A stretch of DNA of 64,000 bases, taken from assembly GCA_022826195.1 (NCBI GenBank), contig JAJDVI010000012.1, positions 71,583 to 135,582 on the forward strand, given 5' to 3'. Position 1 is the first letter of the stretch. Every line of letters starts with the position of its first letter. The notes beneath the pieces were generated by a model, which made no database searches, was not told where the DNA came from, and saw only the letters and a list, made by a program, of their open reading frames with translations. Shown here in pieces: positions 28,075 through 37,366 of the stretch. This stretch comes from Acidobacteriota bacterium. Lineage in GTDB: Bacteria > Acidobacteriota > Vicinamibacteria > Marinacidobacterales > Marinacidobacteraceae. Position numbers and translations under genes: made by a program.

Positions 28075-29310
28075 ATGAATCCCTCAAACCCCGCTGACCG
28101 GCTCGCCGAACTCAAGATCGGCGAGGAGCAGCGCGGCTCGCGTCCGTTCGCGCTCGTCACCGCGATCATCGGTGGACTGCTGGTGATCGGGGGCGGAGTC
28201 TCGGCAGTCTTCCTGCTGGGTTCGGAGCCGGAGGTCTTCGCGGTCCGGACGGCGCGGGTGCGCTCGATCTCGGTGGACGCCGGGACCACGGTGCTGAACG
28301 CGAGCGGTTACGTCACGGCGCGGCGCCAGGCCACCGTTTCGTCCAAGACCGCGGGGCAGATCACCGAGATCGCCATCGAAGAGGGCATGGAGGTGACCGC
28401 GGGCCAGGTGCTCGCCCGTCTCGACTCCTCCAACCTGGGGCGGACCCTCCGCCTCGCGGAGGCGCAGACCGCGGCGGCCGGAAAAGCGGTCCTCGAGGTG
28501 GAGGCCCAGCTCGCCGAAGCCCGCCTGCGCCAGGAGCGGACCCGGCGCCTCGTGGAGCAGCAGGTCGCCGGACAGGCCGACCTCGACCAGGTGAACGGCG
28601 AGGTCGCCACCCTCGAGGCGCGCATCGAGCGCCAGCGCGAGGACATTCGCGTCTCGGAGCGGCAGGTGGAGGTCATCCGCCAGCAGATCGAGGACATGGT
28701 GATCCGGGCGCCGTTCGACGGCGTCATCACCGCCAAGAACGCCCAGCCCGGCGAAATGATGTCCCCCATCGCCGGCGGCGCCGGGTTCACCCGGACCGGA
28801 ATCGGGACGATCGTGGACATGACCTCGCTGGAGATCGAAGTGGACGTCAACGAGGCATACATCAACCGGGTCTCTCCGGAGCAGCCGGTGGACGCCGTCC
28901 TCGACTCCTACGACGACTGGACGATCCCGGCCCGGGTGATCGCGATCATCCCGACCGCCGACCGGGACCGCGCCACGGTGCGGGTGCGGATCGGTTTCGA
29001 ACAGCTCGACCCCCGGATCCTGCCGGACATGGGCGTCAAGGTGAGTTTCCGGTCCGCGGAGGCGGAGCCCGAAGCGGCTCCCGAGGGTCTGCTCGTGGAC
29101 GCCGCGGCGGTGTTCCCGGACACCGGCCGGGACCTCGTCTATCTGGTCCGCGACGGCCGGGTCCAGCGCCGGGCGGTACGGCTCGGGGACCGGCGCGGGT
29201 CCGATGTGTTCGTCCTCTCCGGACTGGTGGAGGGTGACCGGGTAGTCGTGGAGGGCCTCGAGGGACTCGAGGACGGCGCCGAAGTCGAGGAAGCGACCGC
29301 GGCGCCCTAG
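28075..29310 (+). CDS. HlyD-family periplasmic adaptor (membrane fusion protein) of ABC/efflux transporter
   Basis: N-terminal TM anchor, long coiled-coil, beta-barrel/lipoyl regions typical of MacA-like MFPs. Confidence 0.8.
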   Translation: MNPSNPADRLAELKIGEEQRGSRPFALVTAIIGGLLVIGGGVSAVFLLGSEPEVFAVRTARVRSISVDAGTTVLNASGYVTARRQATVSSKTAGQITEIAIEEGMEVTAGQVLARLDSSNLGRTLRLAEAQTAAAGKAVLEVEAQLAEARLRQERTRRLVEQQVAGQADLDQVNGEVATLEARIERQREDIRVSERQVEVIRQQIEDMVIRAPFDGVITAKNAQPGEMMSPIAGGAGFTRTGIGTIVDMTSLEIEVDVNEAYINRVSPEQPVDAVLDSYDDWTIPARVIAIIPTADRDRATVRVRIGFEQLDPRILPDMGVKVSFRSAEAEPEAAPEGLLVDAAAVFPDTGRDLVYLVRDGRVQRRAVRLGDRRGSDVFVLSGLVEGDRVVVEGLEGLEDGAEVEEATAAP

Positions 29311-29342
29311 CAGCCGGTGAACGGAGTCACCTGGAGAGTCGA

Positions 29343-30122
29343 ATGAGCGAGACGAGTTTTTCCGACGCGGCGGCCGGCAACGGCGCCGCTACTGAGGCCA
29401 TGGTGGACGTGCGAAGCGTCCGCCGGACCTTCCAGCGGGGCCGCACGCCGGTTCCGGTGCTGAAGGACCTCACGCTCCGCATGGAGAAGGGGGAGTTCCT
29501 GGCGCTGATGGGACCTTCGGGCTCCGGGAAGTCGACGCTGCTCAACCTGATCGCCGGGCTCGACCGGCCGACCGGCGGCGAGGTGATCGTGGGCGGCTCG
29601 GAGATCCACCGCCTTTCCGAGCGGAAGCTCGCCGGCTGGCGGGCCCGCAACATCGGCTTCGTCTTCCAGTTCTCGAACCTGCTCGGAGCGTTGAGCGCCG
29701 AGCGGAACGTGGCGGTGCCGCTGCTGCTGACCTCGTTCTCGGCCCGCGAGCGCCGGCGCCGGGTGGACATCGCGCTCGAGATCGTGGGGCTGTCGGATCG
29801 TGGAAAACACCGCCCCCGGGAGCTCTCGGGCGGCGAACAGCAGCGGGTCGGCATCGCCCGCGCGCTGGTGAACGATCCGATGCTCCTCGTCTGCGACGAG
29901 CCGACCGGCGACCTCGACCGGGCGACGAGCGGCGAGATCCTGGATCTGCTGGTCGCTCTCAACCGGGACCACGGGAAGACCATCCTGATGGTCACCCACG
30001 ACCCGGTGGCGGCCGAACGGGCATCGCGCACCCTGCACCTCGAGGACGGCCGGCTCGCGGACTGCGGGCACGACGGAACGGTCGTGGTGCCGGTCCACGA
30101 ACCGGCGGGAGCGGCGGTGTGA
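29343..30122 (+). CDS. ABC transporter ATP-binding protein (MacB/LolD-like)
   Basis: Walker A GPSGSGKST, signature LSGGEQQRV, Walker B LLVCDEPTGDLD. Confidence 0.85.
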   Translation: MSETSFSDAAAGNGAATEAMVDVRSVRRTFQRGRTPVPVLKDLTLRMEKGEFLALMGPSGSGKSTLLNLIAGLDRPTGGEVIVGGSEIHRLSERKLAGWRARNIGFVFQFSNLLGALSAERNVAVPLLLTSFSARERRRRVDIALEIVGLSDRGKHRPRELSGGEQQRVGIARALVNDPMLLVCDEPTGDLDRATSGEILDLLVALNRDHGKTILMVTHDPVAAERASRTLHLEDGRLADCGHDGTVVVPVHEPAGAAV

Positions 30123-31279
30123 GTTCCTTCACCCTGATCAGCGCGGCGCTCCGCCGCAAGAAGACGCGGACCTTCCTGACCTTCTCGTCGGTGGTGTTCG
30201 CGTTCCTGATCTTCGGGGTCCTCTCGATGCTCCAGACCGCGTTCTCCATGGGCGCGGAGATCGCCAACGAGGACCGCCTGGTGGTGCGCCACCGGGTTTC
30301 CCTCTTCCAGCTCCTGCCGCAGTCCTACGAGGCCGACATGGAGGAGATCCCCGGCGTCGTGGACGCGATGCACATGACGTGGTTCGGCGGCGTCTACCAG
30401 GACCCGTCCAACTTCTTCATGCAGTCCCCGGTGGAACCGGCGGAGTACCTCGACATGTATCCGGAGGTTTCCGTTCCGGAGGAGGCGAAGCTGCGCTGGA
30501 TCGAGACCCGGAACGGAGCGATCGCGGGCCGGGCGCTCGTCGAACGCCTGGGTTGGGAGGTCGGCGACCGGATCCCCATCCAGCCGACGATCTGGCGACA
30601 GGACGGCCGTGGCGACGACGCCTGGGAGTTCGAGCTGGTCGGCGTCTACGACGCGGACGTGGAGGGCTTCGACCAGACCCAGTTCCTCTTCCGCTACGAC
30701 TTCTTCGACGAGGCCCGTTCCTTCGGGCGCGGACAGGTGGGCTGGTTCATGGTGCGGATCGCCGACCCGGACCGGGCTCCCGAGATCGCCGCCGCGATCG
30801 ACGACACCTTCCGGAACTCCGCCGCCGAGACCAAGAGTGAATCCGAAGGGGCGTTCGCGGCCGGGTTCGCCAACCAGGTCGGGAACCTGGGACTGATCGT
30901 GACCTCGATCCTGGCGGCGGTCTTCTTCACCATCCTGCTGGTCGCGGGCAACACCATGGCGCAGTCAGTGCGCGAACGGATCGGCGAGATCGGGTTGCTC
31001 AAGGCGCTCGGCTTCACCTCCAGCCGGGTGCAGCGGCTGGTGCTCATGGAGTCGGTGACCCTGGTGACGACCGCGGGATTCCTGGGTATGGTCCTGGCCG
31101 TGGGCTTGGAGCGCGTGCTCCGCCCGGCCCTGGCCGCCTACTTCCCGGGCCTCTTCCTGCGGCCCGAGGATCTGCTGCTGGGGCTCGGCCTGGCGGTCGT
31201 GACCGGCCTGGTGGTCGGCATCTTTCCCGCGCGGCGGGCGATGCGCCTCGAGACGGCGCTCGCCCTGCGGCGGCTGTAG
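30119..31279 (+). CDS. ABC transporter permease, FtsX/MacB-type (1 of 2)
   Basis: N-terminal TM, large periplasmic domain, C-terminal 3 TM FtsX domain. Confidence 0.75.
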   Translation: MSSFTLISAALRRKKTRTFLTFSSVVFAFLIFGVLSMLQTAFSMGAEIANEDRLVVRHRVSLFQLLPQSYEADMEEIPGVVDAMHMTWFGGVYQDPSNFFMQSPVEPAEYLDMYPEVSVPEEAKLRWIETRNGAIAGRALVERLGWEVGDRIPIQPTIWRQDGRGDDAWEFELVGVYDADVEGFDQTQFLFRYDFFDEARSFGRGQVGWFMVRIADPDRAPEIAAAIDDTFRNSAAETKSESEGAFAAGFANQVGNLGLIVTSILAAVFFTILLVAGNTMAQSVRERIGEIGLLKALGFTSSRVQRLVLMESVTLVTTAGFLGMVLAVGLERVLRPALAAYFPGLFLRPEDLLLGLGLAVVTGLVVGIFPARRAMRLETALALRRL

Positions 31280-31292
31280 GGGAGTCGGCACG

Positions 31293-32489
31293 ATGCGGCT
31301 TGGTTCCTTCCTTCGCCAGTGCCAGGCGGTGACCCGCTACAATCTGGAGACGATCTGGGAGCGGCGCGCCGTTTCGGTGGTCGCGATCTTCGGCATTGCC
31401 GGAGTCGTCGGCGTGATGGTGGCCGTCCTGTCGATGGCGGCCGGTTTCCGTTCGGTGGTCACCGGGCAGGCCCGCGACGACGTGGCGGTGGTGCTCCGGA
31501 GCGGCTCCACCGGCGAGTCGGACAGCATCCTGAACCATCAGGACATCCAGGTCCTCTGGGAGGCGCCGGGAGTGGCGCGCGGCCCCGACGGCCCGCTCGT
31601 CTCGCCGGAGCTGTTCGTGATCATCGACCGCAAGAAGATCGGCGCCGGCACCGACGCCAACGTCCCGCTCCGGGGCGTCGAGACGGCCGGTTTCGCGCTC
31701 AGGGAGCAGTTCGAGATCGTCGAGGGCCGGAACTTCGAACCGGGCCGGAACGAGGTGATCGTGGGCGACGGGGCGGCCGGCGCCTTCGAGGGCCTGTTGG
31801 TCGGAGACCGGATCGACGTGGGCCGCACCTCCTGGGAGGTGGTCGGGCGCTTCACTGCGGGCGGCGGGGTTGCCGAATCGGAGATCTGGACCGACACCCG
31901 CGTGCTCCAGGCGATGTACCAGCGGGGGAACTCCTGGAACGTGGCCCTGGTGCGGCTCCGGGACGCCGAGGCGTTCGAGGGCTTCGAGGCGGCGCTCACC
32001 GACGATCCGCGGGTCAGCCTCGGCGCCCGCCGGCAGACGGCCTACATGGCGGCGCAGTCGGAGCCCATCGAGGTGTTCATCTCGGTGGTCGGCTGGATCA
32101 TCGTGGTCATGATGTCGGCGGGCGCGGTGTTCGCGGCGCTCAACACCATGTACGCGGCGGTGTCCTCCCGCTCGCGCGAGATCGCGACCCTGCGCGCGCT
32201 GGGTTTCTCGCGGTTGCCGGTGGTCGTCTCGGTGATGATCGAGTCGCTCGTCTTCGGGCTCATCGGCGCGGCGGCGGGCGGCGCGGCGTCGTGGTTCCTG
32301 TTCGACGGGTTCCGGGCCGCGACGATCAACTGGGCCTCCTTCAGCCAGGTGGCCTTCGCCTTCGAGGTGACGCCGGAACTGCTCGTCCAGGGGACCACCC
32401 TGGCCCTCGTGATCGGGACGATCGGCGGTTTCCTGCCCGCGGTGGGCGCCGCCCGCCGCAGCGTCGTGGGGGCACTGAGGGAGCAGTAG
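31293..32489 (+). CDS. ABC transporter permease, FtsX/MacB-type (2 of 2)
   Basis: same architecture as preceding gene; ends ...GGFLPAVGAARRSVVGALREQ. Confidence 0.75.
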   Translation: MRLGSFLRQCQAVTRYNLETIWERRAVSVVAIFGIAGVVGVMVAVLSMAAGFRSVVTGQARDDVAVVLRSGSTGESDSILNHQDIQVLWEAPGVARGPDGPLVSPELFVIIDRKKIGAGTDANVPLRGVETAGFALREQFEIVEGRNFEPGRNEVIVGDGAAGAFEGLLVGDRIDVGRTSWEVVGRFTAGGGVAESEIWTDTRVLQAMYQRGNSWNVALVRLRDAEAFEGFEAALTDDPRVSLGARRQTAYMAAQSEPIEVFISVVGWIIVVMMSAGAVFAALNTMYAAVSSRSREIATLRALGFSRLPVVVSVMIESLVFGLIGAAAGGAASWFLFDGFRAATINWASFSQVAFAFEVTPELLVQGTTLALVIGTIGGFLPAVGAARRSVVGALREQ

Positions 32490-32499
32490 GGGCCCCCCT

Positions 32500-32595
32500 T
32501 TCGCTGACCCCGGGCACCCCCGGCACGGCCTCCCAGCGCGGTGCGCGGCGCGGAGCGCCGCGCGTGCCGGTCTGGAGACCGGCGTTCCAAGCCGG
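32500..32595. repeat. REP-like repeat (GTGCCGGTCTGGAGACCGGCGTTCCAAGCCGGC variant)
   Basis: GGTGCGCGGCGCGGAGCGCCGCGCGTGCCGGTCTGGAGACCGGCGTTCCAAGCC; related copies at 9400, 2745 (rc), 58790 (rc). Confidence 0.7.
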
Positions 32596-32659
32596 CGGCT
32601 TCCTCCCGGCGGTGGGTGCCGCCCGCCGCAGCGTGGTGGGCGCCCTCCGCGAGCAGTAG
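32594..32659 (+). pseudogene. Relic duplicate of the 3' end of the preceding ftsX-like gene (encodes identical 21 aa, out of frame with the gene)
   Basis: GGCGGCTTCCTCCCGGCGGTGGGTGCCGCCCGCCGCAGCGTGGTGGGCGCCCTCCGCGAGCAGTAG vs 32433-32489: 9 nt differences, all synonymous. Confidence 0.6.
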
Positions 32660-32787
32660 CAGCGGCCGTAGCCGCCTTCTCGCCGCTACCTCGACGCGCC
32701 TCCTCCCGTGGCGGCAGGGCCGCGGTCCATTGTGGACACGCTGTGACTACATCGTTAGAATGGAGTCCTCCGAGGAGGCGCCGAACC

Positions 32788-33066
32788 GTGGAATTCGCCC
32801 TGCGCGACGCAAAGGCGCGACTCTCTGAACTCGTCGGCGCGGCGGTGGCTGGAGAGCGGGTCGTGATCACGCGGTATGGCGAGCCCGTCGTGGAACTCGT
32901 GCGGTGGCGCCGGCGTGGCGCTCTCGATCTCGAGCGGCTCGCGAAGGTGTGCGCGGAGCACGGCATCGAAGAGGCGCCGCCGGACGAAGCCGAGGCGATG
33001 ATCGCCGCGTTTCACGATCCGGCACTCAGCCGTCAGGTGCTGGGGTTCGAGACGGAAAGCGACTGA
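32788..33066 (+). CDS. Phd/YefM-family antitoxin
   Basis: VEFALRDAKARLSELV...GERVVITRYGEPVVELV; GTG start; directly upstream of a PIN gene. Confidence 0.6.
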   Translation: MEFALRDAKARLSELVGAAVAGERVVITRYGEPVVELVRWRRRGALDLERLAKVCAEHGIEEAPPDEAEAMIAAFHDPALSRQVLGFETESD

Positions 33067-33080
33067 GCGCGAGCCGGTCC

Positions 33081-33476
33081 GTGGGCGTTCTTCTCGACAC
33101 GTCCTACCTCTACCGGTTGATGAGGGCCCGGGCGAGTCTGTCCGGGAGCGAGCGGCAGTTTCTTGAGCGCCAGGACACCCCGATCCACGTCAGCGCGGTT
33201 TCCATTTGGGAAATGCGGCTGAAGTACCAGGCGCGCGACCGGCTGGGCCGGCGCAAGAGCCCTTTCGATCCACGAGAGGTGGTTGCCGCGCTGACCAGGC
33301 TGAACGTGGTGCTGCTGCCGCTCACCATGCGCCATGCGGCCGAGCGGCTTCGCGTTCCCATCACGCACCGCGATCCCTTCGACGAGCTGCTCCTGGTTCA
33401 GGCCCAGGTGGAGGGGCTGCGTCTGCTGACCGCGGACGAGCACCTGGTCGGCCATCCCTTGGCCATCACCCCGTAG
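33081..33476 (+). CDS. vapC: PIN-domain toxin VapC
   Basis: LLDTSYL, IWEM, HRDPFDELL, TADEHL acidic PIN residues; ~131 aa. Confidence 0.7.
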   Translation: MGVLLDTSYLYRLMRARASLSGSERQFLERQDTPIHVSAVSIWEMRLKYQARDRLGRRKSPFDPREVVAALTRLNVVLLPLTMRHAAERLRVPITHRDPFDELLLVQAQVEGLRLLTADEHLVGHPLAITP

Positions 33477-33537
33477 CGGCTTCCCGGACGCGCCCCTGAA
33501 CGGAGGGAGTGACCGGGATCTCCTGACGCGGGCGGTT

Positions 33538-35661
33538 TCAGTTCAGGCCGCGCCGCCGGAGCAGGGGCTCCACCTCCGGGTCCCGCCCGCGGAAGGTGCG
33601 GAAGAGGTCCATGGCCTCGATGCTGCCCCCCTTCGAGAGCAGGGTCTCCCGGAAATGGTCGCCGTTCTCGCGCAGGAGGCCGTCGTTCTCCCGGAACCAC
33701 TCCACGGAGTCGGCGTCGAGCACCTCGCTCCAGATGTAGGAGTAGTAGCCGGCCGAGTAGCCGCTGCTCCAGATGTGGGAGAAGTAGGTGGTGCGGTAGC
33801 GCGGGGGCACCGGCGCGAACGCGATGCCGGCCTTCTCGAGCGCCGCTTCCTCGAACGCGAGCACCCCGTCCGCATCGGGGGTCTCCCCGACCCCGAGCTG
33901 ATGCCACGCGAGGTCGAGCAGGGTGGCGGCCAGGTACTCGGTGGTGGCGAAGCCCTGGTTGAAGGTGCGCGCCGAGAGCACCCGGTCGAGGAGGTCGCCC
34001 GGGATCGGCTCGCCGGTCTCGTGGTGGACGGCGTAGTTCCGGAGCACCTCCGGCCAGGTCGCCCACATCTCGTTCACCTGCGAGGGGTACTCGACGAAGT
34101 CGCGGGGAACGGAGGTCCCGGCGAAGTAGGGATAGCGGACGTTCGAGAAGAGGCCGTGCAGGGCGTGCCCGAACTCGTGGAACAGGGTGATGACCTCGTC
34201 GAAGGTCAGCAGCGTAGGTTCGCCCTCCGGGGGCTTGGGGACGTTCAGGTGGTTGGCGACCACCGGCTGCGTGCCGAGCAGGCCGGACTGGGAGACGTAC
34301 GCGTTCATCCAGGCGCCGCCCCGCTTCGACGGCCGGGCGTAGAAGTCGCCGATGAAGAGCCCGAGCGGGCTGCCGTCCTCCTCGAACACCTCCCAGATGC
34401 GGACGTCGGGGTGATAGACGGGCAGTTCAGGCCGCTCCTCGAAGGTCAGGCCGAAGAGCTGGTTGGCCGCGAAGAAGACCCCGTTCACGAGCACCCCGTC
34501 CATCTCGAAATAGGGCCGGAGCTCGGAGGCGTCGAAGGAGAACCGCTGGGCTCGCAGCTTCTCGGAGTAGTAGGACCAGTCCCAGGCCGCGATCTCGATG
34601 TCGGCGCCCTCCGAACGGGCCAGTTCCGCCAGGTCGTCCGCCTCGCGGCGGGCGTTCGCCACCGCCCGGGGGGTGAGGCCGGACAGCCGCCCGTTCACCG
34701 CCTCGATGGTCTGCGCCGTCTGTTCCTCGAGGATGAAGGCGGCGTGGTGCGGGTAGCCGAGGAGCGCGGCGCGCTCGGCGCGGAGGGCGGCGATCCGCAC
34801 CACCGCTTCCCGGTTGTCGTGCTCGCCGCCACGGCTGCCGCGCGCGAGCGAGGTCTTCATGATCCGCTCGCGGAGCGCGCGGTCCTCGAGGGAGGAAAGG
34901 GCGGGCTGGCCGCTGGTGTTGAGGAGCGCAATGACGTACTTGCCTTCGAGGTCGCGGGCCTTCGCGGCCTCGGCCGCCGCGGCGATTTCACCCTCGGAAA
35001 GTCCGGCGAGTTCCTCGGCGGAATCCACCACCACGGCCGAGGCGTTCACCTCGTCGAGGGTGTTCTCGCTGAAGGCCGCCGAGAGCGAAGCGAGTTCCGC
35101 GTTGATCTCCCGCATCCGGTCCTTTTCCGACTCGGAGAGCAACGCCCCGGCGCGGGTGAAGTCCCGCCGGTACTGCTCCACGAGGCGGACCTCTTCGGGC
35201 GAGAGGCCGAGGTCGTTCCGGGACTCGTAGAGCGTGTCCACCCGGGCGAAGAGATCGGCGTTCAGGAGGATCTGGTCCGAGTGGGCCGCCAGCTTCGGCG
35301 CCATCTCGGCGCGGATGGCGTTGATCTCGTCGTTCGTGTCGGCGGAGGACAGGCTGAAGAAGACCCGCGCCACCCGGTCGAGCAGCCGGCCCGACCGCTC
35401 GATGGGCACCAGGGTGTTCTCGAAGGTGGCCGGTTCGGAGGACGACGCGATGGCCTCGATCTCCTCGAGTTGCTCGGCCATGCCGCGCTCGAACGCCGCC
35501 CGGTAGTGCCCGTCCTCGATGAGGTCGAAATGGGGCAGTCCGTAGGGCAGCGTGCTCTCGGTGAAGAACGGGTTATCGCCCATCTCGGTCTCGGGGGTTC
35601 CGCCGCACCCGGCGGCGAACACGAGAGCCGCTGCTACAGCTCGCAGGGTCCTGCTGGTCAT
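33538..35661 (-). CDS. dcp: Peptidyl-dipeptidase Dcp / oligopeptidase A family (M3 metallopeptidase), lipoprotein
   Basis: HEFGHALH zinc motif, M3 family length (707 aa), lipobox LVFAAGC. Confidence 0.85.
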   Translation of the reverse strand: MTSRTLRAVAAALVFAAGCGGTPETEMGDNPFFTESTLPYGLPHFDLIEDGHYRAAFERGMAEQLEEIEAIASSSEPATFENTLVPIERSGRLLDRVARVFFSLSSADTNDEINAIRAEMAPKLAAHSDQILLNADLFARVDTLYESRNDLGLSPEEVRLVEQYRRDFTRAGALLSESEKDRMREINAELASLSAAFSENTLDEVNASAVVVDSAEELAGLSEGEIAAAAEAAKARDLEGKYVIALLNTSGQPALSSLEDRALRERIMKTSLARGSRGGEHDNREAVVRIAALRAERAALLGYPHHAAFILEEQTAQTIEAVNGRLSGLTPRAVANARREADDLAELARSEGADIEIAAWDWSYYSEKLRAQRFSFDASELRPYFEMDGVLVNGVFFAANQLFGLTFEERPELPVYHPDVRIWEVFEEDGSPLGLFIGDFYARPSKRGGAWMNAYVSQSGLLGTQPVVANHLNVPKPPEGEPTLLTFDEVITLFHEFGHALHGLFSNVRYPYFAGTSVPRDFVEYPSQVNEMWATWPEVLRNYAVHHETGEPIPGDLLDRVLSARTFNQGFATTEYLAATLLDLAWHQLGVGETPDADGVLAFEEAALEKAGIAFAPVPPRYRTTYFSHIWSSGYSAGYYSYIWSEVLDADSVEWFRENDGLLRENGDHFRETLLSKGGSIEAMDLFRTFRGRDPEVEPLLRRRGLN

Positions 35662-35753
35662 CGTTCTTGCTCCTGTCTGGGGGAAACTGTTCGCCCGTGG
35701 CGGTCACGAGCGACACTACCGGGGCCGACACTTCCTGCGGGCCGTACGGGTCG

Positions 35754-36176
35754 CTAGACGGTCTTCCACGGATCGATGACCGACACGCCGCACTCCCGAA
35801 AGTCCTCGGTGTCGCGTGTCGCGAGGGCCGCGCCGTGGGTCTTGGCGATTGCGGCGATCTGACAATCCAGAGAACCAATGGGGTTTCCGGCTTCGCGGCG
35901 CCGCGCACCGATCTCGCTGAATGCGGCGGCGGCAGCGCGGTCGAACGCCAGGATGCGCCCCGTGAAGGTTGCGCGGAAGAACTCATCGGCCATTGAGGCC
36001 AAGTGGCGTCGTCGTCTCCCGGCCGGCAGGATGGCGATGCCGTAGCGGAGTTCGCCTTCGCTGACGGAAGTGGTGAAGAGTTCGCCGTACGGTTGGAGCC
36101 GCGTCCACGTGGCAACCCGAAGATCCGGCTCAGGGCGCATCAACTCCGAAATCACGTTCGTGTCAACGATGGTCAC
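35754..36176 (-). CDS. PIN-domain toxin (VapC/FitB-like)
   Basis: VTIVDTNVISEL N-terminus, TRDTEDF C-terminus; GTG overlaps antitoxin stop. Confidence 0.7.
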   Translation of the reverse strand: MTIVDTNVISELMRPEPDLRVATWTRLQPYGELFTTSVSEGELRYGIAILPAGRRRRHLASMADEFFRATFTGRILAFDRAAAAAFSEIGARRREAGNPIGSLDCQIAAIAKTHGAALATRDTEDFRECGVSVIDPWKTV

Positions 36177-36433
36177 GAGAAGTCCTCGGAGCTGAAGTCC
36201 GGCGGGTCGCGCATCGGTTCGCGCGGTGGCAGTTCGAGTTCCACTCCGCCGATGGGGTCGACGATCCGCCGGATCGCGTCGTAGAGGTTCTCTGGCGGGC
36301 CGGGATCCGTCTCCACGGCACTCTTCAGAATGGTTCGCGCCTCGGCCTCCATGGATCGCCCGTTCTCCGCCGCGCGCACACGTAGCCGCTTCTTGGTGGT
36401 CTCGTCGAGGTTGCGGATCGAAAGGCTGGCCAC
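36173..36433 (-). CDS. Ribbon-helix-helix antitoxin (FitA/VapB/StbC-like)
   Basis: MASLSIRNLDETTKKRLRVRAAENGRSMEAEARTIL. Confidence 0.7.
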   Translation of the reverse strand: MASLSIRNLDETTKKRLRVRAAENGRSMEAEARTILKSAVETDPGPPENLYDAIRRIVDPIGGVELELPPREPMRDPPDFSSEDFS

Positions 36434-36456
36434 GGGGTTTCTCTTGGGAACTCCGG

Positions 36457-36482
36457 AATTCTAACGCATGCAATGCCTGCAT
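36457..36482. promoter_or_regulatory. Perfect 10-bp inverted repeat CATGCAATGC-ct-GCATTGCATG upstream of the fitA-like gene (putative operator)
   Basis: palindrome ~25-50 bp upstream of antitoxin start on minus strand, AT-richer than flanks. Confidence 0.4.
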
Positions 36483-36531
36483 TGCATGGAACGAGAGCGT
36501 ACAGGGAAGCCGGGGGGGGTGGCGGCTGGAC

Positions 36532-37344
36532 TTAGTAGCCGGGACCCTCGACGTCCACCGCGATCGTCCGGTTCCGCCGCGGGTTGTGGCGTTCGTGGCC
36601 GTAGCCGCGCGGATTGGCGACGAACCAGATGTCCCGGCCGAGCGACCGGTCCCGGAAGAACGCCGGGTGGTGGGTGTGCCCGAAGCACCAGACCCGCACC
36701 TTGTCGAGGAGTTCGCCGCCCGCGTCCTTGGCCTCGTCGAAGAGCCCGTTGTAGAAGGCGCCGCTGGACGCCGGCTCGTACCCGTCGACGAGCCCGCCGG
36801 GGTGGGGCACCGAGTGGGTCAGCACGACGACGTGCTCGACGGCGGGATCGTCGCGGGCGGTTTCGAGCTGGCGGAAGAGCGTCCGCTTCGACTCCTCCCA
36901 GCGGTCCAGCGCCTGCCGGGGGTCGCCTCCGGGAAACACGAGCCGCGCGTCGTTCGAACGGCCGCTCCACCACCCGGACTGCGCCCCGAACGACCCGCCG
37001 CGCGGCGCCTGGAAGTGGTACCAGCCGTTCGCGCCGGCGAACGCGGTGTCGCCCACCCGGAACAGGCCTCCGCGGTCGAGATAGTGGACGTTGACCGGGA
37101 AGGCGTCGGCGAGCAGGTCGCGGGTGCGGTCGAGCGCTCCGGACGAGGAGTAGAACTCGTGGTTGCCGTCCACGAACACCACGTCGCGGTACTTCCCGGC
37201 GAGGGCGGCCACCACGCCCGCCGTCACCCCGACCCGGTTCCCCACGTCCCCGGGGAGCACCAGCGTGTCGCATTCCCCGGTCCCCAGCGGGCGGCCGCGC
37301 CACCCGATGTCCTGGTGAACGTCGGACACCAGGTCGAAGCGCAT
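36532..37344 (-). CDS. Calcineurin-like metallophosphoesterase
   Basis: MRFDLVSDVHQD, GDVGNR, DGNHE, VVLTHS, GHTH metal-binding motifs; the longer ORF start is unlikely. Confidence 0.7.
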   Translation of the reverse strand: MRFDLVSDVHQDIGWRGRPLGTGECDTLVLPGDVGNRVGVTAGVVAALAGKYRDVVFVDGNHEFYSSSGALDRTRDLLADAFPVNVHYLDRGGLFRVGDTAFAGANGWYHFQAPRGGSFGAQSGWWSGRSNDARLVFPGGDPRQALDRWEESKRTLFRQLETARDDPAVEHVVVLTHSVPHPGGLVDGYEPASSGAFYNGLFDEAKDAGGELLDKVRVWCFGHTHHPAFFRDRSLGRDIWFVANPRGYGHERHNPRRNRTIAVDVEGPGY

Positions 37345-37366
37345 GGCTCTCGCGGTCGGGATGCAG

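Noticed and set aside
31319-32659. 446-aa plus-frame ORF ending with the duplicated GGFLPAVGAARRSVVGALREQ peptide
   Set aside because: It is an out-of-frame read through the ftsX-like gene and the REP. Only its last 21 codons are meaningful, as the relic of a gene end.
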